A DNA stretch of 64,000 nucleotides from Flavobacteriaceae bacterium (GTDB lineage: Bacteria > Bacteroidota > Bacteroidia > Flavobacteriales > Flavobacteriaceae), in NCBI GenBank assembly GCA_947456815.1, contig CANGTL010000004.1, positions 22,958-86,957 on the forward strand, written 5' to 3'. The translations under genes were made by a program, and so were the position numbers. The notes below the pieces were generated by a model. The model was not told where the DNA came from, made no database searches, and worked only from the letters and a program-made list of their open reading frames with translations. How positions within the stretch are numbered: the stretch's first letter is position 1; the number at the start of each line of letters is the position of its first letter. This document shows positions 37,661 through 46,974 of this stretch, piece by piece.

Positions 37661-37668
37661 CAAATGTA
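37661..37668 (-). promoter_or_regulatory. -7 promoter element TACATTTG for aroC
   Basis: Exact TAnnTTTG 17 nt upstream of ATG 37644. Confidence 0.7.
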
Positions 37669-37837
37669 ACATTTTCGAGGAAAAATTGAAAGGTTAGCGA
37701 CAATTCTTATTTGACACAAGATATGTTGGTTAATGGAAATTTAATTTTAGCAAGACAATTACTACGATTTCTTAACATTTGAGTTGCTTCTAGATAATAC
37801 CATGTGCGTTAATTTGCTAAACTTCAAATAATTTATT

Positions 37838-38677
37838 TTGAAAAAAAGAAAAGTAGAACTAGTTGTTATTTCTGATGTTCACTTAGGAACTTTTGGAAGT
37901 CACCCTAAAGAATTGTTGAACTATCTCAATTCTATCAAGCCTAAAACATTAGTATTGAATGGTGACATCATCGACATTTGGCAATTTAGAAAATCTTACT
38001 TCCCAGCGGTTCATCTTAAAGTAATCAAGAAGATTATCAGCTTAGCCAGTAAGGGTACGAAGATCTATTACATTACTGGAAATCATGATGAAATGCTGCG
38101 AAAATTTAGCGGAACCATGATGGGTGGTTTTTCGATTGTAGACAAACTCGTATTGGAATTAGATGGCAAGAAAGCTTGGGTTTTTCACGGAGACGTATTT
38201 GATGTGTCGGTGCAACATTCCAAATGGATTGCTAAACTTGGTGGTTTGGGTTATGATTATTTGATTCTAATCAACCGCTTTGTCAATTGGTGCTTGAAGA
38301 AAATTGGAAAAGAGCCCTATTCTTTTTCTAAGAAGATTAAGGCAAGTGTAAAAAAGGCGGTGAAACACATTTCCGATTTTGAAACAACGGCAACGGATTT
38401 AGCCATTGAAAAGCAGTATGATTATGTGATTTGTGGTCATATTCACGAGCCTAAAATAATTCAGAAATCGAATAAGAACGGCGCTACAACGTACTTGAAT
38501 TCAGGTGATTGGGTAGAAAATCTTACCGCTTTGGAGTATCATTCAAAGCGATGGAGATTGTATCGTTATAGCGAATGCAATTATACAGAAGAAGAAGATT
38601 TGTTTGAGATGGAAACGAATATTAGCCAGCAAATAGTAGCGTCTATTGTATTTTCAAAGCAGATTAATTCATATTGA
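37838..38677 (+). CDS. Calcineurin-like metallophosphoesterase (UDP-2,3-diacylglucosamine hydrolase LpxH-like)
   Basis: SDVHLG, NGDIID, GNHDE, FHGDVFD, CGHIH and NSGDW. TTG start. Confidence 0.88.
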   Translation: MKKRKVELVVISDVHLGTFGSHPKELLNYLNSIKPKTLVLNGDIIDIWQFRKSYFPAVHLKVIKKIISLASKGTKIYYITGNHDEMLRKFSGTMMGGFSIVDKLVLELDGKKAWVFHGDVFDVSVQHSKWIAKLGGLGYDYLILINRFVNWCLKKIGKEPYSFSKKIKASVKKAVKHISDFETTATDLAIEKQYDYVICGHIHEPKIIQKSNKNGATTYLNSGDWVENLTALEYHSKRWRLYRYSECNYTEEEDLFEMETNISQQIVASIVFSKQINSY

Positions 38678-38739
38678 ACTTAGAGATGCTAGTATTACTT
38701 TTTTATTGCTTGATACAATTTTTTGCAATTTTTAATGTT

Positions 38740-38747
38740 TAAATTTG
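38740..38747 (+). promoter_or_regulatory. -7 promoter element TAAATTTG
   Basis: Exact TAnnTTTG 24 nt before ATG 38771. Confidence 0.6.
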
Positions 38748-38770
38748 CAGCAACTTAAAATTATCAGCAG

Positions 38771-39253
38771 ATGAAAAAATTATTTATTACCGCATCATTT
38801 ATTCTAGGAATGGTTTCAATAGTTCATGGCCAAAAAATTTCAGAAAATGCTTTAGGATTACGTCTTGGCGACAACGACGGTTTTGGTGCAGAAGTTTCTT
38901 ATCAACGCGCTTTAGGAAGTGCGAATCGGTTAGAAGCAGATTTGGGTTGGAGAAATAGTAAAAATGTTGATGCCATAAAACTAACTGGTATTTACCAATG
39001 GGTTTGGAATATTGACGGAAATTTCAATTGGTATGCAGGTGGTGGCGCTGGACTTGGTTCATGGAGATATAATAAAGACGGAAATAGTGACAGTGGCAGT
39101 TTTGTATTTGCTGCCGGAGATATTGGTATTGAATACGATTTTGATATTCCACTATTATTGTCTTTAGATTTTAGACCAGAGTTTGGAGGAAGCGGATATT
39201 ATGAAAACAACTATGGTTCAGACATTGCTATTTCAGTAAGGTATCAGTTTTAG
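38771..39253 (+). CDS. Small outer-membrane beta-barrel protein
   Basis: Signal plus Gln, amphipathic strands, terminal VRYQF. Confidence 0.82.
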   Translation: MKKLFITASFILGMVSIVHGQKISENALGLRLGDNDGFGAEVSYQRALGSANRLEADLGWRNSKNVDAIKLTGIYQWVWNIDGNFNWYAGGGAGLGSWRYNKDGNSDSGSFVFAAGDIGIEYDFDIPLLLSLDFRPEFGGSGYYENNYGSDIAISVRYQF

Positions 39254-39270
39254 AAAGAATGTCTTAAAAT

Positions 39271-39304
39271 TAAAAAAATCCACTTTTTCAAGTGGATTTT
39301 TTTA
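39271..39304. terminator. Bidirectional intrinsic terminator
   Basis: Perfect 15-bp inverted repeat TAAAAAAATCCACTT-TTTC-AAGTGGATTTTTTTA. Confidence 0.9.
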
Positions 39305-39751
39305 TTCGATGATAATCTCTTTTTTAGAGTTTACTTTGACAATCGTATAAGGATAGTAAAAAACTTCTTTTTCTTCCTGCATCTTTGATTTTGGCTCATT
39401 ATCCTTTGTTGTGATTTTTACAGCAGTGGCAGTTTCTTCGACTTTTAGAATGGAAATGGAATATCCTAGGGTTGTTTTTTCCCCCATGTTTAGAATTACA
39501 AAATTTGAAGTCTTAGTATCATTTGCATTTATTTTGTCCTTTAATAGTTCGTCATTTTGAAGCATTTTTATCTCTCTTTCCTCGGATAATATTTCAAAAA
39601 AACGAATAGTAGCGCCTCCGTCCTCTTGCGTACTCAAGATTTCATACAGAGGTTTCGTGCCTCCAACATTCTTATTGGTGCCACAAGACATGGCCAAAAA
39701 AAGCAATAACAAAACAGCGACATGCTTTTGGATGTGTTTGTGTTTATGCAT
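39302..39751 (-). CDS. PrcB-like lipoprotein
   Basis: Lipobox LAMSC and MGEKTTLGYSI..YPYTIVK. The likely ATG at 39751 overlaps the last codons of bshA. Confidence 0.75.
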   Translation of the reverse strand: MHKHKHIQKHVAVLLLLFLAMSCGTNKNVGGTKPLYEILSTQEDGGATIRFFEILSEEREIKMLQNDELLKDKINANDTKTSNFVILNMGEKTTLGYSISILKVEETATAVKITTKDNEPKSKMQEEKEVFYYPYTIVKVNSKKEIIIE

Positions 39752-40877
39752 AAATTGAAATTGCTCGTAAATACAGTTCTTCATACAGAGGCAGAATGTT
39801 CTGAATATCGAATTCTTTTGCAGTTGCCAAGGCATTCGATTTGAATTTGCTTAATGTTTCGTTATCCTTTAAGATTTTAATGGCGTTTGCTGCCATCTCA
39901 TCGACATTGCCTACATCACTTAAATAGCCAGAAACACCATCAAAATTAACTTCTGGTAATCCACCTGAATTACTTGATATTACTGGAACGCTGAGCGCCA
40001 TAGCTTCTAATGCTGCCAATCCAAAACTTTCAGTTTCTGAGGGCAAGAGGAACAAGTCAGAATAGCTCAGGATTCGATCTATTTCATTACTATTTCCAAA
40101 GAAAATCACTTTGTCTTGAATGCCTAATTCTTGGCACAAGCGCTCTGCTTTTTCTTTTTCAGGTCCATCTCCTACCATCATTAATTTGGATGGAGTTTGC
40201 TGTTGAATCTTATAAAATATCTTAATAACGTCAGGTATTCTTTTTACTTTTCTAAAATTACTGATATGTGTTATCACTCGTTCGCTTTCTTTGGCGATAA
40301 CGGAGCGGTAGCATGGAATTTTAGCGTCGTCAATATTTTTGTTTAGTTCTATGAAATTTGGAATAACTTCAATTTCATTAGTGATATTAAAGAGTTTCAA
40401 CGTTTCTTGTCTCAGACTTTCAGAAACTGAAGTTACGATATCGGACTTGTTGATACTAAATGTAACGGCGGGTTTGTAAAAAGGGTGATTTCCAACCAAC
40501 GTGATGTCTGTTCCGTGCAAGGTCGTCACCATTGGAAGTTCGATTCCTTCTTCTTTCAGCATTTGCTTGGCCATATAGCCTGCGTACGCATGCGGGATAG
40601 CATAATGTACGTGCAGCAATTCGATTTTATAAAGCTTCACCATATCTACCAATTTACTTGATAAGGCTAACTCGTATGGTTGATAGTGAAAAAGTGGATA
40701 TTCCGGCACATTAACTTCATGATAATGGACATTTGGATTTAATAGTGCCAAACGAACCGGTTGACTATACGTAATAAAATGTATTTCGTGACCTCGACGA
40801 GCCAATTCTAGCCCTAGTTCAGTAGCAACGACACCACTTCCCCCAAATGTAGGATAACAAACAATTGCTATTTTCAT
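39744..40877 (-). CDS. bshA: N-acetyl-alpha-D-glucosaminyl L-malate synthase (GT4)
   Basis: CYPTFGGSGVVATELG, HVHYAIPHA, TTLHGTDITLVG and ESFGLAALEAM. Confidence 0.95.
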   Translation of the reverse strand: MKIAIVCYPTFGGSGVVATELGLELARRGHEIHFITYSQPVRLALLNPNVHYHEVNVPEYPLFHYQPYELALSSKLVDMVKLYKIELLHVHYAIPHAYAGYMAKQMLKEEGIELPMVTTLHGTDITLVGNHPFYKPAVTFSINKSDIVTSVSESLRQETLKLFNITNEIEVIPNFIELNKNIDDAKIPCYRSVIAKESERVITHISNFRKVKRIPDVIKIFYKIQQQTPSKLMMVGDGPEKEKAERLCQELGIQDKVIFFGNSNEIDRILSYSDLFLLPSETESFGLAALEAMALSVPVISSNSGGLPEVNFDGVSGYLSDVGNVDEMAANAIKILKDNETLSKFKSNALATAKEFDIQNILPLYEELYLRAISIYA

Positions 40878-40969
40878 AATTGATTTTTAGTATCGTGAAA
40901 ATAATGAAACTAGAAATAATAACTTCGAAAAGTTACGTTAAAAGTATTTTCAATTTAACGTGATTTCGA

Positions 40970-41977
40970 TTATAAAGTTGAAAACACTACTAAATCTCCG
41001 TAAGCAGTACCGGCAGAATTGGTGGCAAATGCGCGCACAAAGTAAACTGTGCCGGGCGTCAGTCCAGTGATTGTGCTCGTAAATTCTCCAGTAGTAGTTG
41101 CAGAATCTGTAATAACGTTGTCAGTAATACTTGGATTATCTGTTGTTGACCAACAAATTCCTCTTGCAGTAAGAGGAGCGCCACCTGTAGACAATACGTT
41201 ACCTCCGCTTTCCGCTGTTATCGCGGTTTCATTGGATGCGTCGGTCGTTGTAACTTCAGGCGTAGTAATTATTGTTGTATCTGTGGTCGTAAAGGTCACT
41301 TGGTTTCCGTAGGAAATTCCAACCGAATTGGTTGCAAAAGCCCTAACATAGTAAACGGTATTAGCTTCTAAATTTGCCATTTCAATAACAAAAGATCCAG
41401 TCGAACCTGTTGTATCAAGCACATTGTTGGAAGTCGTTGGATTCTCAGTCGTCGCCCAACAAATTCCTCTAGTCACTATGGTAGCGCCGCCGTCGGAAGT
41501 TACATTACCTCCGCTAGTTGCTGAAGTTTGTGTGATCGCTGTCACGTCAACTGTTGTGATCGTTGGAGCTGTCAGAACAGTGAGCGTGGTAGTAAAGGTA
41601 ATTTGCGCTCCATAGCTTGTCCCGGCACTATTTGTTGCGTATGCTCTTACATAATATTGTGTAGCGGCCGTAAGTCCAGTAATTCTGCATTCAAAAGTAC
41701 CAAGTGTACCAGGGTTTGATATTTTTGTGTCTTCAATTGTTGGATTTGGACTCAAAGAATAACAGATTCCGCGAGCTAGGATAGTGCCGCCTCCAGAAGA
41801 AATTAAGTTCCCACCTGTGGTTGCCGAAGTTTGATTGATAAGAGATGCGACTGTTGTTCTAATTGATGGACGAACAACTACGTTTGCATCAGAAGAACTA
41901 TCATTCGTGCTGCATGACAATAAAAACAAATTGAAAATAATCAATAAGAAGGCCGAGGACGCAAAGTACTTTTTCAT
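40970..41977 (-). CDS. Lipoprotein built from three FN3-like repeats
   Basis: Lipobox LLSC, then 3x SGGN..S.GG....RGIC....NP...Y.VRA.ATNS.G..YG...F.T. Confidence 0.87.
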   Translation of the reverse strand: MKKYFASSAFLLIIFNLFLLSCSTNDSSSDANVVVRPSIRTTVASLINQTSATTGGNLISSGGGTILARGICYSLSPNPTIEDTKISNPGTLGTFECRITGLTAATQYYVRAYATNSAGTSYGAQITFTTTLTVLTAPTITTVDVTAITQTSATSGGNVTSDGGATIVTRGICWATTENPTTSNNVLDTTGSTGSFVIEMANLEANTVYYVRAFATNSVGISYGNQVTFTTTDTTIITTPEVTTTDASNETAITAESGGNVLSTGGAPLTARGICWSTTDNPSITDNVITDSATTTGEFTSTITGLTPGTVYFVRAFATNSAGTAYGDLVVFSTL

Positions 41978-41998
41978 AGAAGTAAAATTAATTATTCA

Positions 41999-42006
41999 CA
42001 AATGTA
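41999..42006 (-). promoter_or_regulatory. -7 promoter element TACATTTG for the FN3 lipoprotein
   Basis: Exact TAnnTTTG 22 nt upstream of the ATG. Confidence 0.65.
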
Positions 42007-42065
42007 ATTGATTATTTATATAAATAAATTGGATTAAAATTAAATTATTTGAATCATAAAATAGG

Positions 42066-45041
42066 TCACTTAATTATCGATTCATAGATCACTTTTTGAA
42101 TATCTTCTCGAATATTTTCTTTTGATAGTGTATTAATTGTGGATTCCGGATAGGTACGATTAGACAAAAATACGTAGATCAATTCTTCTTCAGGATCAGC
42201 CCATGTCATCGTGCCAGTAAAACCAGTATGTCCGAAGCTTGTCAAAGATGCGCATCCGCAAGTCGGCCCAGAAGTTCCTGCTGCTTGTGGTTTGTCAAAT
42301 CCAATCCCACGTCGATTGCCTTCTGCGCAGAAGTAACAAGTATTGAAATCGGTAAATGTTTTTTCTGAAAAATACTGCTGGTCGCCATAATTTCCTTTTT
42401 GCAAATACAATTGCATCATTTTAGCGACATCCATAGCATTAGAAAAAATCCCTGCATGCCCGCCAACACCACCTTCCATAGCTGCTTCCATATCATGAAC
42501 GTAACCTTGAATGAGTTGATGGCGGAAGTAGTTATCTATTTCAGTTGGTGGTATTAATTCCTTTTCAAAAGAACTATTCAGCGGATTAAATGTGGTATTA
42601 TTCATTCCTAAGGATTGATAGAATTGCTCTTTTACTAAATCCTCTAATTTCTTGCCCGTCACTTTTTCTAAGTAATCTTTCAAAATGATGAAAGTGAAAT
42701 CGCTGTATTTGTATTCTTTTTTAGGCAGCAATTTACTGTCAACAATCATTTTCATAATGGTATCGTGATAGTCATTTCTCATAAATAAGCTATCAGCCAC
42801 TTGCTTTGAAAACTGTTCGCTGGCAATCTTACTGTAATATTTCGGAAGTGGAATTTTTCCACTATCCAATGTAGCTTTGTAGAAAGGAATCCATGCTTGC
42901 AGTCTCGCATAGTGAGACAATAAGTCCTTAAATGGAATATCCTGTTTGTCTGAATTTTTGAATATCGGAAGCATCTCGCCTAATGTGGTTTGCATGCTAA
43001 TTTTTTGCTGATCGTATTGCTGCATCACATTAGGAAGTGTCGCAATAATTTTAGTTAAAGACGCAATGTCATAAACCGTTTCGTTAGTCACTTTTGTCTT
43101 GTTTTCATAGGTGAAATAGCCAAATGATTTTTGATAGACTACTTTCCCTTTTCGAGCAACTAATATTTGCATTCCCGGAGTCATTTTTTTTGAAATGGCG
43201 TAATTAGCAAAGTTTTCGATTTTTGCCAATTTGGAAGAATCCATTCCTACATTTTCGGGTAATGCAAATCCTAAGCGATTGGATTTACTAGTGTTTAAAC
43301 CATCTCCCGCTTTGAATTCAGCATTAATGGAAACTGGCAATTTGCCTTTCGATTCAATGGCACCGAAAAGCACTTCAGCAGAAACAGTTTGGGCAATCTC
43401 GCTGTTTTGATAGGAAACCACAACACCTTCAATATCATCGAAATATTGAATTGGAATTAAAGAATAGGGTTTGGTAAATACATCCAAAATCGTCACATTA
43501 TTTTTGGCAATTTCAGACAACCAAAACAGTTCTTTATCAGTAAATGCATGACTTTTCCATGCTTTGTCCGATTTATGAAAGCCAACAATCACCTTTGTGT
43601 ATAAAACCAATTCCTCTGTCAAACAGTCGATATCTTCATCTTTGACTTCTACGACATTGGCATATTTTTTCAACGTAGTTAAAAACGCACTATTTACGTC
43701 ATCTCCCAATTTGACGTATGCAATTTTTTCATTTTGTAAATTACTAAATGGCAGGATACTATCTTTATTTTTGATTACCGTAATAGCATTTTCGTAAAGC
43801 TCGTATTGCAAAACATTATTCTTAACTGGATTCAAATCTGAATAAAGATTTGGAATTGAAATGGGTTTATAGTAGTTAAGTCCAGCCTTATATTTATACT
43901 TTAGAATTTTTTTGACCGAATACATTAATCTTTCTTCGGAAATCATGCTGTCTTGATAAGCGACGCATAATTTTTCCGCTGCAACAGGAACATTTTCTGG
44001 GCAAAGCAGAATGTCGTTACCTGCCAAGAAAGCTTCTAGGTCTATTTCGCCTGGTTCTCTGAAATTAGCCGCTGCTTTCATATTGAGTGCGTCCGTAAAA
44101 ATCAATCCTTTGAATCCCATCTGATTTTTTAGAACGTCAGTAATGATGTTATGAGAAACTGAGGAAGGTACGTTTTCTCTTGGTTCCAGGCTTGGAACAT
44201 TTAGATGCGCCACCATAACCGAGGCCAATCCCTCTGCAAATAATTGTTTGTAGGGAAACAACTCGACGTCGTTTAACCTTTCTTTCGAAAAAGTGATTGT
44301 AGGTAAAGCATGGTGTGAATCGATTTCTGTATCACCGTGACCAGGAAAGTGTTTTCCAGTTGCCAATAGCCCTAAACTTTGATATCCTTTCATCAACGCT
44401 AAAGCGCTTTCAGCAACATTTTCTTTTTTTTCACCAAAGGAACGAAAACCTATAATTGGGTTTTTCGGATTGGTGTTGATATCTAATACTGGAGCAAAAT
44501 TGAAGTGGACTCCTAATCGCTTGTTCTCCTCACCCATTTGTAAACCAACCTTCTCTATTAGCTTTTTGTTTTGAATAGCTCCTAGCGTCATATTCCATGG
44601 GTAACGATAGGTAGAATCGAGTCGCATTCCGAGCCCCCATTCGGCGTCGATTCCGATTAGCAGGGGAATTCGTGATTTCGACTGAAACCGATTGGTAAGC
44701 ATGCCTTGTCGCACCGGCCCTCCTTGAAAAAAGATCAGTCCACCAACTTTATTTTCTTGTATTAATTTGTCGACCGATTTTGCATGCAGTGAGTCTTTAT
44801 TGGAATAAGCTGAAACCATGAATAATTGACCTATTTTTTCGTCAAAAGTCATGGAAGCATAAATACTATCGACCCATTTCTTTTGAGATTCTGAATCATA
44901 ATTATCCAAATGATTCTCGACAATAGGATTTGATTTCGGTAGGATAGGTTCCGGAATTCTTGCGATGGGTGTCTTTTTGGTAGCACACCCGATCATGACA
45001 AAACTACCAATAAGTATATATTTGAGAAGTGATTTTTTCAT
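42066..45041 (-). CDS. GH3 beta-N-acetylglucosaminidase fused to a beta-lactamase-like serine hydrolase (lipoprotein)
   Basis: GIDAEWG, KHFPGHGDTEIDSH and IFTDALNM; C-terminal SLTK (SxxK), YSD and FGHTGFTG. Confidence 0.93.
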   Translation of the reverse strand: MKKSLLKYILIGSFVMIGCATKKTPIARIPEPILPKSNPIVENHLDNYDSESQKKWVDSIYASMTFDEKIGQLFMVSAYSNKDSLHAKSVDKLIQENKVGGLIFFQGGPVRQGMLTNRFQSKSRIPLLIGIDAEWGLGMRLDSTYRYPWNMTLGAIQNKKLIEKVGLQMGEENKRLGVHFNFAPVLDINTNPKNPIIGFRSFGEKKENVAESALALMKGYQSLGLLATGKHFPGHGDTEIDSHHALPTITFSKERLNDVELFPYKQLFAEGLASVMVAHLNVPSLEPRENVPSSVSHNIITDVLKNQMGFKGLIFTDALNMKAAANFREPGEIDLEAFLAGNDILLCPENVPVAAEKLCVAYQDSMISEERLMYSVKKILKYKYKAGLNYYKPISIPNLYSDLNPVKNNVLQYELYENAITVIKNKDSILPFSNLQNEKIAYVKLGDDVNSAFLTTLKKYANVVEVKDEDIDCLTEELVLYTKVIVGFHKSDKAWKSHAFTDKELFWLSEIAKNNVTILDVFTKPYSLIPIQYFDDIEGVVVSYQNSEIAQTVSAEVLFGAIESKGKLPVSINAEFKAGDGLNTSKSNRLGFALPENVGMDSSKLAKIENFANYAISKKMTPGMQILVARKGKVVYQKSFGYFTYENKTKVTNETVYDIASLTKIIATLPNVMQQYDQQKISMQTTLGEMLPIFKNSDKQDIPFKDLLSHYARLQAWIPFYKATLDSGKIPLPKYYSKIASEQFSKQVADSLFMRNDYHDTIMKMIVDSKLLPKKEYKYSDFTFIILKDYLEKVTGKKLEDLVKEQFYQSLGMNNTTFNPLNSSFEKELIPPTEIDNYFRHQLIQGYVHDMEAAMEGGVGGHAGIFSNAMDVAKMMQLYLQKGNYGDQQYFSEKTFTDFNTCYFCAEGNRRGIGFDKPQAAGTSGPTCGCASLTSFGHTGFTGTMTWADPEEELIYVFLSNRTYPESTINTLSKENIREDIQKVIYESIIK

Positions 45042-45053
45042 TACTAGAATGGA

Positions 45054-45536
45054 TTAAAAGAATCGGCTGTGCCAACTTTCTTTTGCCGGAACTTCCCAAT
45101 TATCACTCCATTCTTCTATCGTATTCACAAGGTTGTTGAAAACAATGGTATTTTCAGAAACAGCTTTGTCTTTGGCCATTTTCTTAAAATCAATAAGCGG
45201 TTTGTGCGCTATATGCTCTCCTAATTTAAAGGTTACATTCATTTTATCTAGCAAGTCCACATCATATTTCTTTTCTAAGTCTTGGATCAAAGCGACAGAC
45301 TTATCAATAGAGCAGCCAGTTGCCATTTGCGTTTCTTGGTTGACTGCTAAAATGATAAATCGATTGTATTTTAATAAATAAGACGCTTCTAATCCTGTTC
45401 CGTGTGCCGCCCATGAATTGACAAATGATTTCAATTCTACTTCAATTTCATTTAGCTCTTCATCTGTAAATCTTCTGTTAGATTGGTAAATCCAAATCTT
45501 GGACTCGAGCGGTAAATTTTCAAAAGGAACGTACAT
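45054..45536 (-). CDS. Conserved Bacteroidota hypothetical protein
   Basis: IWIYQS..WAAHG..ATGCSIDKSV pattern. No Walker motifs. Confidence 0.8.
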   Translation of the reverse strand: MYVPFENLPLESKIWIYQSNRRFTDEELNEIEVELKSFVNSWAAHGTGLEASYLLKYNRFIILAVNQETQMATGCSIDKSVALIQDLEKKYDVDLLDKMNVTFKLGEHIAHKPLIDFKKMAKDKAVSENTIVFNNLVNTIEEWSDNWEVPAKESWHSRFF

Positions 45537-45567
45537 AATTTGAGATTAAGTGTATTGGATCTACAAT

Positions 45568-46359
45568 TTATAAATCCTGCGCATTAGCTATTAATTCGGC
45601 GATATCCATTACCTTAACGTCACCTTCACGTTCTTTATTTTTGACACCATCAGTTAACATTGTATTACAAAATGGGCAACCGGCAGCGATGATTTCGGGC
45701 TGCGTTTGTAGAGCATCTTCTGTGCGTTCAATATTGACTTCTTTGTTTCCGGGCTCTGCATCTTTAAACATTTGCGCACCTCCAGCACCGCAACACAATC
45801 CGTTGGCTCTAGAGCGCTTCATTTCGACTAATTCTGCATCTAATTTTTGAATTAAATCACGTGGTGCCTCATATATATTGTTGGCTCTTCCTAAATAACA
45901 TGGGTCGTGAAATGTAATTTTCTTTCCTTTGAATTGTCCACCTTGAATTGTCAGTCGACCGCTATCGAGAAGCGATTTTAGATACTCCGTATGATGTACC
46001 ACCTCGTATGTTCCTCCCAATTCGGGATACTCGTTTTTTAAGGTGTTGAAGCAATGTGGACATGCAGTTACAATTTTCTTCGCTTCATAGGCATTGAGTA
46101 CTTCAATATTCATCATGGCCTGCATTTGAAATAGGAATTCGTTTCCTGCTCTCTTTGCTGGATCACCGGTACAACTTTCTTCGGTTCCTAAAACTGCAAA
46201 TTCGACATTCGCTCGATTAAGAATTCGTACAAACGCTTTGGTAATCTTCTTGGCTCTATCATCAAAACTACCGGCACATCCAACCCAAAACAAGACTTCG
46301 GGCTGTTTACCTTGTGCTAATAGTTCGGCCATGGTTGGTACTGATAATTGCTCTGCCAT
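45568..46359 (-). CDS. CCG-domain Fe-S protein (GlpC/HdrB-like)
   Basis: WVGCAG, ESCTGD, TACPHC, FHDPCYLGR, LCCGAGG and AGCPFC. Confidence 0.9.
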   Translation of the reverse strand: MAEQLSVPTMAELLAQGKQPEVLFWVGCAGSFDDRAKKITKAFVRILNRANVEFAVLGTEESCTGDPAKRAGNEFLFQMQAMMNIEVLNAYEAKKIVTACPHCFNTLKNEYPELGGTYEVVHHTEYLKSLLDSGRLTIQGGQFKGKKITFHDPCYLGRANNIYEAPRDLIQKLDAELVEMKRSRANGLCCGAGGAQMFKDAEPGNKEVNIERTEDALQTQPEIIAAGCPFCNTMLTDGVKNKEREGDVKVMDIAELIANAQDL

Positions 46360-46365
46360 ATCTAT

Positions 46366-46431
46366 TGTTTAATCGTTGATTCGTTTAATCGTTTAATAGG
46401 TGAATCGGTTCAACGAATCAACGATTAAACA
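46366..46431. repeat. Perfect 20-bp inverted repeat built from octamer units
   Basis: TGTTTAATCGTTGATTCGTT (46366-46385) and AACGAATCAACGATTAAACA (46412-46431). Confidence 0.93.
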
Positions 46432-46437
46432 TTTATA

Positions 46438-46884
46438 TTACTCATGCTTTCCGTCATCAAAAACTTGGATGGTTACCTCTTTCTCAATCAAATCGGTGAA
46501 TTTACCTCTATATCGGGTTGCTTTTACCAAGTGATTATCAATCCAATGGTAATTTCCGCCTCGCGGTTTTCCAAATAAGATGCCGTGGTATTTAAATCCA
46601 TGTTTCTTCAACCATATCTCTGTGTATTCTCGGTGCGCTTCCGTACGTGAAGTAAAAAAGAATATGATGTGACCTTCGTCGTACCATTTATTTAATGTTA
46701 CTAAAGCGTCTGGATAAACATCTGCAGTAAGCATTCTTTCTGGTTCTTCATTTGGAATATCATCGCAAACTGTCCCGTCAATATCGATTAAGTAATTTTT
46801 AATTCCCTCGGGTAGAATTGGACTAATTGTATGTCCGTTTTCTGTTGCAGCAATTAACTGCTTGTCTAAATCTTCTGTTTTCAT
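46438..46884 (-). CDS. HAD-superfamily small phosphatase (LNS2-like)
   Basis: YLIDIDGT (DxDGT), FFTSR and GKPRGG..WIDN. Confidence 0.82.
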   Translation of the reverse strand: MKTEDLDKQLIAATENGHTISPILPEGIKNYLIDIDGTVCDDIPNEEPERMLTADVYPDALVTLNKWYDEGHIIFFFTSRTEAHREYTEIWLKKHGFKYHGILFGKPRGGNYHWIDNHLVKATRYRGKFTDLIEKEVTIQVFDDGKHE

Positions 46885-46974
46885 TTTCGTTTTGTTTCTA
46901 ATTTATTTTGCTAAAATTGATTAAAAACACCCTTAACCTCACCTATAAGAGAATTTTTATTTTTTATTTATTTA

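Noticed and set aside
45054-46884. Labels sometimes attached to these families (ABC ATPase for 45054-45536, phosphoheptose isomerase for 46438-46884)
   Set aside because: The first has no Walker A/B motifs. The second has a HAD DxDGT motif rather than a SIS fold.
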